From an uncultured Gammaproteobacteria bacterium (GTDB lineage Bacteria > Patescibacteriota > Microgenomatia > PFEM01 > JAPLYW01), in NCBI GenBank assembly GCA_965230945.1, contig OZ246397.1, forward strand, positions 304,749 through 368,748: DNA of 64,000 nt, read 5' to 3'. The notes beneath the pieces are model-generated. The model saw only the letters and a list, made by a program, of their open reading frames with translations. It made no database searches and was not told where the DNA came from. This document shows, piece after piece, positions 9,440-18,691 of this stretch (position 1 is its first letter; each line of letters starts with the position of its first letter). Made by a program: the position numbers and the translations under genes.

Positions 9440-9892
9440 TTACAATTTAATTTTCAGATTGGCAATTAGCTCTTTTTTCTCTCCTGATTTTGATTCGTAG
9501 CGTATCTTTTTGTCAAAAATGTCTTTAATAGTTTGCCAATCTGTTTGTTTCTTTAGTGGATAAATATGGAAATGAAAGTGGGAAACTAAACCTCCGGTTT
9601 TTAATACCACCGATTTGTCAACCCGCAGAACCTCAAGAAGAGCTTTTTCTGTTCTATGAAATATTCCTGAAAAATACTTGAAGTCTTCAGTCGATAATTC
9701 AGAAGCATTTTCAAAGTGCTCTTTCCAAACAACTAGAGTGTGGCCTTTTACGGCCCAGTCCATATCAAGCATTACCAAAACTTTATCATCTTCATAAATC
9801 ATGTCTTCGGCAGTTTTCTTCTCGGCAATAATTTTACAAAAGATACAGCTGCTCATCAGCTTTATTATACCAAACCAAAAAAGCCCTATCAA
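9440..9892 (-). CDS. HIT-family (histidine triad) nucleotide hydrolase. The start is probably an internal Met.
   Basis: 'CIFCKII' N-terminal motif and 'SHFHFHIYP' histidine triad. Confidence 0.85.
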   Translation of the reverse strand: MIGLFWFGIIKLMSSCIFCKIIAEKKTAEDMIYEDDKVLVMLDMDWAVKGHTLVVWKEHFENASELSTEDFKYFSGIFHRTEKALLEVLRVDKSVVLKTGGLVSHFHFHIYPLKKQTDWQTIKDIFDKKIRYESKSGEKKELIANLKIKL

Positions 9893-9902
9893 AAGGGCTT
9901 TT
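9875..9902 (-). terminator. Rho-independent terminator downstream of dnaJ (aagccct-atcaaa-agggctt, flanked by A/T runs, so it could act in both directions)
   Basis: 7-bp perfect stem seen in the sequence, followed on the minus strand by TTTTTTGG. Confidence 0.6.
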
Positions 9903-10001
9903 AAAAATCATTGCTCCGTCGGTAGGACTCGAACTTCTTCCCTTTTTTATTTTGGGATTTTTGGGATTTAAGAAACAAACTTAAAAGACAGCTTTACGTA
10001 C

Positions 10002-10865
10002 CTATAATTCCAACTTTCTTATTGCTTCTTTTTGGGTTCGTGTAAGCTTTTCAGGAATCTTAACCAAAAGGCGAACATATTGGTCACCACGACCAAAACC
10101 GTGGAGTCGCCTGATTCCTCGACCAGCTAAACGAACCATGGTTCCGGGTTGGGTTCCGGCCCGAACACGCAGTTTTAAATTGCCATCAATGGTTGATACT
10201 TCAATGACACCACCTAAAATGGCCATTAATAAAGAAATTTCTTTATTAACAAAAACATCAGCTCCATCTCTTTGAAAAGTCTTATCCGGTTTAACATCAA
10301 TGGTGATGTAAAAATCAGGAAATTTAATTCTTGAGCCATCATCAACCCCTGGAGGAATGTTAATCTTGCGCTTTTTACCCATAATGACAAATTCTTTCTC
10401 ACAACCTTTAGCGGCCTCCATAAAAGATAAGGTCAAACCATAACGGGGTATTCTGCTTGCTTGCCTGAAAGGCGAAGCACCACCAAAAAACTGTTCGAAT
10501 ATTTCAAAAGGGTCAGAAAAGCCGCCAAAATCAAAACCACCAGCTTGGTCAGTACTAGTATAAGTATAGGTAAAAGGCCCTTGTTTATAGGCTCCTGAAG
10601 CAGCCCCACCAAAAGGGCCACCAGCATATTCACCTCCAGGACTAAAAGCAGCATGGCCAAATTGATCATAAGCTTCTTTCTTTTTAGGGTTGGATAAAAT
10701 CTCGTAGGCCTCGTTAATCTCTTTAAACTTATCACTGGCTTCTTTTGACTTATTGCGATCTGGGTGCCATTCTAAAGCTAGCTTCCGATAAGCTTTCTTA
10801 ATATCTGCCGCGGAAGCACTTTTAGAAGTTCCTAAGATATCGTAATAATCTCTTTTTGTCGGCAT
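10002..10865 (-). CDS. dnaJ: DnaJ-family co-chaperone lacking the Cys-rich zinc-finger domain (class B/CbpA-like)
   Basis: J domain 'YYDILG...HPDRN', a G/F-rich region, then a C-terminal substrate-binding domain. No CXXCXGXG repeats. Confidence 0.9.
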   Translation of the reverse strand: MPTKRDYYDILGTSKSASAADIKKAYRKLALEWHPDRNKSKEASDKFKEINEAYEILSNPKKKEAYDQFGHAAFSPGGEYAGGPFGGAASGAYKQGPFTYTYTSTDQAGGFDFGGFSDPFEIFEQFFGGASPFRQASRIPRYGLTLSFMEAAKGCEKEFVIMGKKRKINIPPGVDDGSRIKFPDFYITIDVKPDKTFQRDGADVFVNKEISLLMAILGGVIEVSTIDGNLKLRVRAGTQPGTMVRLAGRGIRRLHGFGRGDQYVRLLVKIPEKLTRTQKEAIRKLEL

Positions 10866-10930
10866 AATTTATTTTAGCAAAATTTAAGGCCGCTTACGCG
10901 ACCCTAAACTTTTAATTTTAATTTTCTAAT

Positions 10931-12847
10931 TTATTCAACAACCTCTCCTTCCTCTGCTTTCTCTTTATCCTTACTCTTATCGTCTTTTTCTTCCTTTTTT
11001 CCAGAAGCTCTTTCTTTTGGTTGTTCTTCTTTATTTGGAGCCTGCTGTTGCCGATACATAGCTTCTCCAATTTTTTGAAGATTATCAGAAAGCTCTTTAG
11101 AAGCTTTCTCTAATTCTTCTTTCGAAGAATCTTCTTTAGCTAAAACTTCTTTTAGTTTTTTGATTTCTTTCTCAACCTTTTCTTTGTCTTCTTTCTTAAC
11201 CTTATCACCAGCATCCTTTAGGGTCTTTTCAGCCGTGAAGACCAGATTATCAGCTTGGTTCTTAGCTTCAACCGTTTCTTTCTTTTTCTTATCTTCCTCG
11301 GTATATTTCTCAGCCTCAGCTCGAGCCGTTTTAACTTCTTCATCAGAAAGGCCAACAACTCCTTTAATGGTGATTTTTTGCTCTTTATTGGTAGCCTTAT
11401 CTTGAGCTTTAACAGTTAAAATACCGTTGGCATCAATATCAAAGTGAACCTCAATCTGGGGTACACCTCTTGGCGCTGGCGGGATTCCATCGAGAAAAAA
11501 ACGACCTAATGATTTGTTGTCAGCGGCCATCGGCCGTTCTCCTTGCAAAACATTAATTTCTACCTGTGTCTGATTGGCAGCCGCCGTAGAAAAGATCTGA
11601 GACTTGGAAGCAGGAATGGTCGTATTCCTCTCAATCAAAGGAGTACGAACCCCTCCTAAAGTCTCAATGCCCAAGGTTAGGGGAGTGACATCAAGAAGCA
11701 AGACATCTTTAACTTCACCGCCTAAGACACCACCTTGAATGGCCGCTCCCACAGCTACTACTTCATCCGGATTAACGGAACGGTTGGGAGTTTTACCAAA
11801 AATGTCTTTGACTATTTGAACAATCTTTGGCATCCGCGTCATGCCACCCACCAAGATAACCTCATCCACATCAGCGGCCTTAATCTTGGCATCCTTTAAA
11901 CAAAGTTCAACCGGCTTTTTAGTTTCTTGAATTAAATCAGAAACAAGTTGTTCCAACTTAGACCTACTAAGCTTCATAGAAAGATGCAGCGGTTGGCCAC
12001 CCTTACCCTGAGTAATATAGGGCTGGTTGATATCTGTCTCTTGAGCCGATGAAAGCTCAATTTTAGCCTTTTCAGCGGCATCACGAACTCTTTGCAAAGC
12101 CTGTTTGTCCTCCCTTAAATCAACTCCATTTTCTTTTTTAAATTCGTCGGCAATCCAATCAACAATTTTTTCATCAAAGTCATCTCCACCAAGATCGGTA
12201 TTCCCATTGGTAGCTTTGACTTCAAAAACACCATCACCAATCTCTAAAATGGAGATATCAAAAGTACCTCCGCCTAAATCATAAACGGCAATCGTTTCCC
12301 CGCCTTTCTTCTCTAAACCATAGGCTAAAGAAGCAGCTGTCGGCTCATTAATAATGCGTTCTACTTTCAAACCAGCAATTTCACCGGCTTGTTTGGTAGC
12401 CTGACGTTGGGCATCATCAAAGTAAGCTGGAACAGTAATTACCGCCCTCTCTATCTTTTCACCTAAAAAGGCTTCCGCATCTGCCTTGCATTTGCCTAAA
12501 ATTTTGGCAGAAATTTCCTGAGGAGTACATGTTTTACCGCCAGCTTCTACCACAACCATGCTTTCTTTACCTTCTTTAATCTTGTAGGCCACCATTTTCT
12601 GAGTTTTTTTAACTTCCTCATCAGAAAATCTACGACCCATTAATCTTTTTACTGAATAAATAGTATTTTCAGGGTTAAGAACCATCTGTCTCTTAGCCAC
12701 TTCACCGACTAAATTCTTAATTGGCTCTACAGCTGAAGGAATAATATTTTTACCTTCGGCTGAAGGAATTACCTTAGGTTTACCAGCCTCCATAACGGCC
12801 ACACAAGAATTAGTTGTTCCTAAATCGATACCAATAATTTTTGACAT
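10931..12847 (-). CDS. dnaK: molecular chaperone DnaK (Hsp70)
   Basis: '[14 protein letters not shown]', 'DLGGGTFD', '[11 protein letters not shown]'. 638 aa. Confidence 0.97.
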   Translation of the reverse strand: MSKIIGIDLGTTNSCVAVMEAGKPKVIPSAEGKNIIPSAVEPIKNLVGEVAKRQMVLNPENTIYSVKRLMGRRFSDEEVKKTQKMVAYKIKEGKESMVVVEAGGKTCTPQEISAKILGKCKADAEAFLGEKIERAVITVPAYFDDAQRQATKQAGEIAGLKVERIINEPTAASLAYGLEKKGGETIAVYDLGGGTFDISILEIGDGVFEVKATNGNTDLGGDDFDEKIVDWIADEFKKENGVDLREDKQALQRVRDAAEKAKIELSSAQETDINQPYITQGKGGQPLHLSMKLSRSKLEQLVSDLIQETKKPVELCLKDAKIKAADVDEVILVGGMTRMPKIVQIVKDIFGKTPNRSVNPDEVVAVGAAIQGGVLGGEVKDVLLLDVTPLTLGIETLGGVRTPLIERNTTIPASKSQIFSTAAANQTQVEINVLQGERPMAADNKSLGRFFLDGIPPAPRGVPQIEVHFDIDANGILTVKAQDKATNKEQKITIKGVVGLSDEEVKTARAEAEKYTEEDKKKKETVEAKNQADNLVFTAEKTLKDAGDKVKKEDKEKVEKEIKKLKEVLAKEDSSKEELEKASKELSDNLQKIGEAMYRQQQAPNKEEQPKERASGKKEEKDDKSKDKEKAEEGEVVE

Positions 12848-12861
12848 ATTTTTCTCCTTTT

Positions 12862-13302
12862 TTATCTGCCTCCGCCAACTTTTACCTTGGCAGGACGGAT
12901 AATTTTATTATTTAATAAATAACCTTTTAAAATAACTTCTAAAACCTTATTTTTGGACCCCTTGACCATTTCCGTAACTTCCATTAAATTAGGATTAAAA
13001 TCTTCATTTAAAGCTTCAATCTCCTCAACTCCTTCGGCTTCTAAAATTTCTTTAAAACGATTAATTGTCAAAGTTAAGCCCTCGTCTTTAAGATGGCTTT
13101 CACAACGTTGTAAATCATCTAAAATACTTAACAGTTTTACTAATAATTGAGCCTTAGAAAATTTAACGAATTCTCTTTTTTCTTTCTCTACTCTTTTTTC
13201 CAGATTAGCATAATCGGCTAAGGCTCTTTTCCATTTATTGTCTAACTCAATGAGCTGTTTTTCAAAAAGTAAGTTTTGTTTCCTGGGACCTTTCTTGATC
13301 AT
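12862..13302 (-). CDS. grpE: nucleotide exchange factor GrpE
   Basis: Sits between hrcA and dnaK. Coiled-coil N-terminus plus a C-terminal beta domain. 146 aa. Confidence 0.85.
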   Translation of the reverse strand: MIKKGPRKQNLLFEKQLIELDNKWKRALADYANLEKRVEKEKREFVKFSKAQLLVKLLSILDDLQRCESHLKDEGLTLTINRFKEILEAEGVEEIEALNEDFNPNLMEVTEMVKGSKNKVLEVILKGYLLNNKIIRPAKVKVGGGR

Positions 13303-14033
13303 TACAAATTACCTGCTAATTCCTCGATCAACTTGGCAAAATAACGAACAGTAGGCACCACCGAGGAGTAATTTAAGCGATTAGAACCTATTACCCCCAA
13401 AGAACCAGACTTCTTATCATCAGCTCCAAAGTTAACAAAAACCATACCACAAGGTTCTAAATAATCATAACCTAACTCATCACCAAAAAGAAAGTGTACC
13501 GAACCCTCATCAAATGATTTTTCAAACAAACGATGTATCTGATCAACCTCATCCAGCATTGAAAGGATGGTTTTAGTAACATCAATATCAAAAAATTCTG
13601 GCATGTTTAAAATATTAGCATAGCCAGCATGATAAATTTCACCATCTTTAGTACTGGCTACTGCTAAAGTTCTTGTTTGCTTAGCCAAGGCTTTGACTGC
13701 CTCTCTCATTAAATGATCAAAATCAAAGCGGGAATCCCAAATTTTTTCTCGAGCCGCCACCTCATCAACTACAGAAAGTTTTTTTTCTTCCATTAAGTGA
13801 TTAATGTAAAAGCGAAAGGCGTCTTTGGTGGGAATTCTTCCCGAAGAAGTATGGGGTTGCTTTAAATAGCCAGTCTTAATTAATCTGGCCATCTCATTTC
13901 TAATGGTGGCTGGCGAAACTCCTAACTCATACTTTTTCTCCAAAACTTCAGAACCAACTGGTTCACCGGCTTCAATATATTCTTCAATGACGGCCTTTAA
14001 AATTTTAGTTTGTCGCTCAGTTAATTCTACCAT
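13302..14033 (-). CDS. hrcA: heat-inducible transcription repressor HrcA, short form
   Basis: Winged-helix N-terminus 'ILKAVIEEYIEAGEPVGSEVL...SPATIRNEMARL'. First gene of the hrcA-grpE-dnaK-dnaJ operon. Confidence 0.9.
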   Translation of the reverse strand: MVELTERQTKILKAVIEEYIEAGEPVGSEVLEKKYELGVSPATIRNEMARLIKTGYLKQPHTSSGRIPTKDAFRFYINHLMEEKKLSVVDEVAAREKIWDSRFDFDHLMREAVKALAKQTRTLAVASTKDGEIYHAGYANILNMPEFFDIDVTKTILSMLDEVDQIHRLFEKSFDEGSVHFLFGDELGYDYLEPCGMVFVNFGADDKKSGSLGVIGSNRLNYSSVVPTVRYFAKLIEELAGNL

Positions 14034-14066
14034 TTTTTCTAAAATCAGCTTCAGATCAAGACTAAT

Positions 14067-14093
14067 TTAGCACTTTTATAACATAACTGCTAA
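14067..14093. promoter_or_regulatory. CIRCE-like inverted repeat upstream of hrcA: TTAGCACTT-N9-AACTGCTAA
   Basis: The CIRCE consensus is TTAGCACTC-N9-GAGTGCTAA. The left half matches 8/9 and the right half 6/9. It lies 34 nt upstream of the hrcA start. Confidence 0.65.
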
Positions 14094-14118
14094 AAGCTGT
14101 CAAGAGTTAATTAATAAA

Positions 14119-15003
14119 TCAAGTAAAACTTATAATATCTTCATCTTTGAGAATCTGATTAAGACTCGCTTCTTGGCCAGGAAAACGAGCCGAAGGTCCC
14201 CATAAAAATATTTTGTTAACTCTTTTATCTTTTGGAAAAACTTTCCCAAAGACATCTTTTATCATCTGTCTTTTTTTTAAAATCAGTGGTTTCTCAAAAT
14301 CAAGCTTACCCCCCTTAGGCCTTAAATAAATACGCATTAAGTTTAATCTTTGCCAGACTGCTTTCTTAAGTTCTTGAAGACCAATATCTCTTTGGGCGCT
14401 AATGAAAAACTTCTCTTTTAAATTTTTAGGAGGCAATCCTTTTAACAAGTCTATTTTATTTATTACCGTTAGAATGGGTAGTTTATCTACACCTGTCTTT
14501 TGTATATCTCCCAACAAAGACTCAATTCTACCTTGAGATCTGATATCAACTACTAAAATTAATAAGTCGGCTATACGACTGGCCGCAAGAACCTCCTTCC
14601 CTTTTCCTGAACCTAGAACCGCTCCTTTAACAATGCCTGGTAAATCAAAAATCTGAATTAAGGCTCCTTTATACTTAAGCATGCCCGGAATTACCGTTAA
14701 GGTAGTAAAAGGCCAAGGTTTAATACGGGCTTGGGCATTGGTTAACTTTTTAAGCAGAGTCGATTTCCCTACTGAAGGTGGTCCAATAAAGACAACAGTG
14801 GCATCGCCCTCTTTTTTAGGAATAAAACCAAAACGACTACCTTTTTTTCCTAGCCTTCTCTCTTTATCTTTAAGTTTGGCTATTTTTGCTTTTAAGTGTC
14901 CAATATGATGTTCTGTTCCTTTATAATAAGGAGTCTTTCTAATTTCTTCCTCTAAAAGAGCAATTTTGGCATCAATATCTTCGTTTAAATTAGAACGGCT
15001 CAT
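14119..15003 (-). CDS. DRG-family (Rbg1/Drg-like) GTPase with a C-terminal TGS domain
   Basis: The N-terminal helix 'TEHHIGHLKAKIAKLK' matches the DRG signature 'ATEyHLGlLKAKLAkLR'. G1 'GPPSVGKST', G3 'DLPG', G4 'NKID'. C-terminal TGS-like 'MRIYLRPKGG'. Confidence 0.75.
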   Translation of the reverse strand: MSRSNLNEDIDAKIALLEEEIRKTPYYKGTEHHIGHLKAKIAKLKDKERRLGKKGSRFGFIPKKEGDATVVFIGPPSVGKSTLLKKLTNAQARIKPWPFTTLTVIPGMLKYKGALIQIFDLPGIVKGAVLGSGKGKEVLAASRIADLLILVVDIRSQGRIESLLGDIQKTGVDKLPILTVINKIDLLKGLPPKNLKEKFFISAQRDIGLQELKKAVWQRLNLMRIYLRPKGGKLDFEKPLILKKRQMIKDVFGKVFPKDKRVNKIFLWGPSARFPGQEASLNQILKDEDIISFT

Positions 15004-16709
15004 GATTCAGGGGGCGGCGTAATTGTTTCCGGTAGTCTTTTAATCTTTTTAAAGCGAACTATCATTTTCTTTAAAATAGCAATTTCTTCAATTCCAAAAA
15101 GCCAACTTAAGAAAAGGTAACTGGCAACTCCAAGCAAGCCAACAAAAGCTGTCAGAAGAATGAGGTTCAAGGTATAACGAGTATCTAAAACAAATAGTTC
15201 AAAGCTGATAGGTAACTTTAGCCCCACCCATCTAAGGAAAGAAAGATTCTTATCCCAAACTGAGCGGTCAAGAACTTTAAGGAAGAAGAAAACCAAACTA
15301 CCAGACAGAAAAGAAGCCAAGGTGACTTTAAAAAAAGTCAAAAAGATTTTTCCTTTTTCTAAAATAGGCAGTCTTTTAGAAAGTAAAATAAACAAGGTCG
15401 TCGCTTGAATAAAAGAGGCTAAAGAAAAGGCCAAGGCCAAAGTCCAAACATTAAGTTTTAAAACAATGATAAAAATTACTCCTAAACAAATATTAATCAA
15501 AATGCCAACAATAGAAACTTTAACTGGTGTCTTCGTATCATGAAGAGCCCAAAAAGCTCTCGTTAAAGGATAAATTAGACCCTGAGCTAAAATACCTAAA
15601 CCAAAAGCAGAAAGGGTATGACCGGTTTGAACCGTTGATTCCCAGGTAAAGCGAGCGGCTCCAAAAACAAGCCTGACAATGGGAATCCTTAGAACTGTCA
15701 GAAAAACAGCCGCCGGAAGAATTAAAAAAAAGACCTGTTTGAGTAAAGAAGCCAAAGTCTGGCTAAACTCTTTTAAATTATTACGAGCTGATTGATAAGA
15801 AAGCGAAGGCAAAGAAGCCTTGGCAATACTGATGCCAAAAAGACCAATAGGTAACAAGGCTAGGGAATTGGCAAAAGTATAATAGGTATAAGAGGCGACA
15901 GATACCAAAGAAGCTAAGAAAAGTTCTGTGATCTTGCCTAGCTGAAAAGAAGATAATTCTACTATTCTAGGCAAAGCTAAACGACCAATCTCCCTGACTC
16001 CTGGATGCCTTAAATTTAAGGCTAATTTCGGTCGGAAGCCCAACCAAAAAGCCACAGGTAATTGAATTAAGAAATGTAAGAAGGCTCCGGCCACGGCACC
16101 AATAACTGGAGCATAAATACCAAAATGAGCTGAAAGAAAAACGGCCCCTAAAATGATGCCAAGATTGTAAAGAATAGGAGCCAAGGCTGGCACCAAAAAC
16201 CTTTGTAAGGATTCCAAAATGCTGGTTAAAAAATAACTGAGAACAAAAAAACCTTGAGCTAAAAGTAAAATTCTGGAGAGACTGGCTATTTGAGCTGTTT
16301 CTTGAAAACTAAATCCTGGAGCAATAAGTCGATAGATCGGTTTAGCGGTCATAAAAATAACAATTGCCAAAGCCATAAAAATTAAAAAAGTGAAGTTAAG
16401 GCAAGTAGAAGCCACATTCCACGCTTCTTGCTTCTTACCCCTTGAGATATAAGAAGTAAAAGTGGGGATAAAGGCAGAAGAAAAAGTCCCAAAAACCAGA
16501 ATCTCAAAAATTGTCTCTGGAATCCTAAAGGCAGCAAAATAAAGAGATAAAGTTTCCACTGAAAAGAAATGAGCCAAAACACGGTTACGAACCAGACCCA
16601 AAAAACGAGAAGCGGCAATGGTAACCATAATAATGAGAGCCGCAGATAAAATCGTCTTCTGGCGTCTAGTAAAAACTTTAGATCCGCGCTGAAGTAAATT
16701 TCTAAACAT
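15000..16709 (-). CDS. murJ: lipid II flippase MurJ/MviN
   Basis: 569 aa polytopic protein. The N-terminus 'LGLVRNRVLAHFFSVETLSLYFAAFRIPE' is typical of MurJ. Confidence 0.85.
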   Translation of the reverse strand: MFRNLLQRGSKVFTRRQKTILSAALIIMVTIAASRFLGLVRNRVLAHFFSVETLSLYFAAFRIPETIFEILVFGTFSSAFIPTFTSYISRGKKQEAWNVASTCLNFTFLIFMALAIVIFMTAKPIYRLIAPGFSFQETAQIASLSRILLLAQGFFVLSYFLTSILESLQRFLVPALAPILYNLGIILGAVFLSAHFGIYAPVIGAVAGAFLHFLIQLPVAFWLGFRPKLALNLRHPGVREIGRLALPRIVELSSFQLGKITELFLASLVSVASYTYYTFANSLALLPIGLFGISIAKASLPSLSYQSARNNLKEFSQTLASLLKQVFFLILPAAVFLTVLRIPIVRLVFGAARFTWESTVQTGHTLSAFGLGILAQGLIYPLTRAFWALHDTKTPVKVSIVGILINICLGVIFIIVLKLNVWTLALAFSLASFIQATTLFILLSKRLPILEKGKIFLTFFKVTLASFLSGSLVFFFLKVLDRSVWDKNLSFLRWVGLKLPISFELFVLDTRYTLNLILLTAFVGLLGVASYLFLSWLFGIEEIAILKKMIVRFKKIKRLPETITPPPES

Positions 16710-16743
16710 TGTTTCTAAAAGACCTTTTTGCTATACTTTAATT

Positions 16744-16763
16744 AATTGTACTAATTGTACAAT
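16744..16763. promoter_or_regulatory. Tandem TAATTGTAC x2 containing the palindrome TTGTACAA, in the divergent murJ/rpsT intergenic region. Candidate operator.
   Basis: Seen directly in the sequence. About 35 nt upstream of rpsT. Confidence 0.3.
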
Positions 16764-16797
16764 GCTTTTTTATCGATTGTAAATTAGCTTTTAAAAG

Positions 16798-17043
16798 ATG
16801 CCAATTACTAAATCAGCCAAAAAAGCTCTTCGTAAGGATAAAAGAAGAGCTCAGGTTAACAGAAAAATAAAGGATCGTGTTAAAGCTGCCTTAAAGAAAA
16901 CGCGTAAAAACCCTAACAAGAAAAACCTAAGGGAGGTTTTTAGTTTTCTTGATCGAGCCGCTAAAAAGAAAGTTATCCACAAAAATAGAGCCAATCGTCT
17001 GAAATCAAGGCTGCTTGATCTAGCTAAAAAGAAGAAAAGCTAA
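16798..17043 (+). CDS. rpsT: 30S ribosomal protein S20
   Basis: 81 aa basic protein, 'ITKSAKKALRKDKRRAQVNR'. Confidence 0.9.
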   Translation: MPITKSAKKALRKDKRRAQVNRKIKDRVKAALKKTRKNPNKKNLREVFSFLDRAAKKKVIHKNRANRLKSRLLDLAKKKKS

Positions 17044-17049
17044 TTCCTC

Positions 17050-17079
17050 TTTACAAAACTTGCCTTCCTCAACTATACT
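17050..17079 (+). promoter_or_regulatory. sigma70-like promoter candidate for the pilN-like operon (TTTACA-18-TATACT)
   Basis: Hexamers read off the sequence only. Confidence 0.25.
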
Positions 17080-17098
17080 TGAATAAACCAGGGTTTTT

Positions 17099-17656
17099 AT
17101 GGCTGTCCAAACAAAAGCTCCTAAAACAAAAATCGAGTTTATTCCTCAAGAAGATTGGGAAAGAACAAGTTTCGGTAAATTCCTAAAATGGCTCTTAAAT
17201 ATTGGTCGCTGGATTATCATCGTTACTGAACTGATAGTCATTATTGCTTTCATCTCCAGATTCAAATTAGACCGAGATTTAACCAATCTTAACGAAGAAA
17301 TCAAGCAGAAGCAGGCCATTGTCGCCTCATCCTCTGACTTTGAAGAAGAGTTTCTCTTCTTGCAAAAAAGACTTTCTACCATTGAAGGCTTAAGAAAAAC
17401 TCAAATTGAAGCCAATAAAGTAATCGATATCTTTGCCCAATTAACACCCGTTGGTGTTAAGATTTCCAATCTCACTCTAGCTGCCAAAGAAATCAATCTT
17501 ATCGCCACAGCTAACTCAGAATTTACCTTTGCTACCTTCTTAAAAAATCTTAAAAATTCTTCACAAATCAAAGATGTCTCTATCTCCAATGTCAATATCA
17601 GTGAGGAATTCGGCTTAGGAATTAGTTTTAATGTTAAAGCAAAAATTAAAACCTAA
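17099..17656 (+). CDS. pilN: PilN-like type IV pilus assembly protein
   Basis: Short cytoplasmic N-terminus, a single TM, then a periplasmic coiled-coil region. 185 aa. Adjacent to a PilO-like gene. Confidence 0.55.
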   Translation: MAVQTKAPKTKIEFIPQEDWERTSFGKFLKWLLNIGRWIIIVTELIVIIAFISRFKLDRDLTNLNEEIKQKQAIVASSSDFEEEFLFLQKRLSTIEGLRKTQIEANKVIDIFAQLTPVGVKISNLTLAAKEINLIATANSEFTFATFLKNLKNSSQIKDVSISNVNISEEFGLGISFNVKAKIKT

Positions 17657-17661
17657 AAACT

Positions 17662-18282
17662 ATGGTTGATCTTAATCGACAGATTGATTCCCATCGCTAT
17701 CATCGTTACTTCGTTGATCTGGGCAATTTTTATAAAACCAAAAAGTCCAAAGTTTATACTGGTATTATCATTTCCCTTTTAACGATTATCTTTTTCATCA
17801 TCTTTGCGATTAAACCAACCTTAGTAACCATCGCCCAATTAATCAGGCAGGTCAAAGATCAAAAAACGGTTGTCACCGCCTTGGAGAAAAAAACTAATAA
17901 CTTATCTCAAGCCCAGACCAACTATCTTAATATTGAATCCAGGCTCTTTTTGGTAGATGAGGCTTTGCCCACAACTGCCGAAATTAATTCTTTAGTCAAA
18001 CAATTTGAAATCCTTAGTAGAAAATCCGGCATCAGCATTGAAAGCTTCCGCATCAATGAAGCTACTTTGAATACCTCTAAATCAAAAAAGAGCCAAAAAC
18101 AACCAGTCAGCTTTAACCTAACTATCTCTGGTAATTACGAAAGTTTAAAAACCTTCATTGATTCCTTAAATGATTTAAGAAGGATTATCACTGTTGAAAG
18201 TTTTGTCTTTCAAGTAGGGCGGGGTGAGGATGACATTTTAGCCTTAAATATCAATGGCCAAGCTTGGTTTTTAGCAAAATAA
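17662..18282 (+). CDS. pilO: PilO-like type IV pilus assembly protein
   Basis: N-terminal TM, coiled-coil, and a C-terminal alpha/beta region. 206 aa. Confidence 0.55.
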   Translation: MVDLNRQIDSHRYHRYFVDLGNFYKTKKSKVYTGIIISLLTIIFFIIFAIKPTLVTIAQLIRQVKDQKTVVTALEKKTNNLSQAQTNYLNIESRLFLVDEALPTTAEINSLVKQFEILSRKSGISIESFRINEATLNTSKSKKSQKQPVSFNLTISGNYESLKTFIDSLNDLRRIITVESFVFQVGRGEDDILALNINGQAWFLAK

Positions 18283-18283
18283 T

Positions 18284-18655
18284 ATGAATCAACAAAAATT
18301 TCAACTAGGAAAAAAAGCTTTGTTTTTAACAATTCTTAGTTTTATTACTGTCTTTACCTGGGTTGGCTTTGAAGTCTATCAGGCTAGTAGTAAAACTACC
18401 ATTACCAAAGTAACCAAAAAACAAATGGCTCCCATTAATCCCAATATTAAGACCAAGATCATTGAAAGAATTGATGAGAGCCTTTCCTTTTCTCAAGAAG
18501 AAATGGACATTATTCCTGTCAGCGAAGCAACAGCTACTCCTACAGTAGAATTAAGCGAAGAGCCAACAGAAACAACTCCCTCAGCAGAAGCAACTGAAGA
18601 AGAAAGCGCAACTGGTAGTAGTCAAGCAACAGAAGAAAATGATACTCTAGAATAA
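18284..18655 (+). CDS. small membrane-anchored protein with an acidic T/E/S-rich C-terminal tail
   Basis: N-terminal TM 'ALFLTILSFITVFTWVGF', then a low-complexity acidic tail. Confidence 0.5.
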   Translation: MNQQKFQLGKKALFLTILSFITVFTWVGFEVYQASSKTTITKVTKKQMAPINPNIKTKIIERIDESLSFSQEEMDIIPVSEATATPTVELSEEPTETTPSAEATEEESATGSSQATEENDTLE

Positions 18656-18691
18656 ATAAACTTTTAATCTGCTCTGGGCGGACTGTTCGTT

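Noticed and set aside
9913-9940. tRNA gene on the minus strand near the dnaJ terminator ('GAAGTTCGAGTCCTACCGACGGAGCA' resembles a T-loop plus 3' acceptor)
   Set aside because: The T-stem cannot pair properly and there is no D-arm or anticodon arm upstream. At most it is a tRNA 3'-end-like fragment, possibly an old att-site remnant. A tandem ttttgggatt x2 follows it. It cannot be substantiated.
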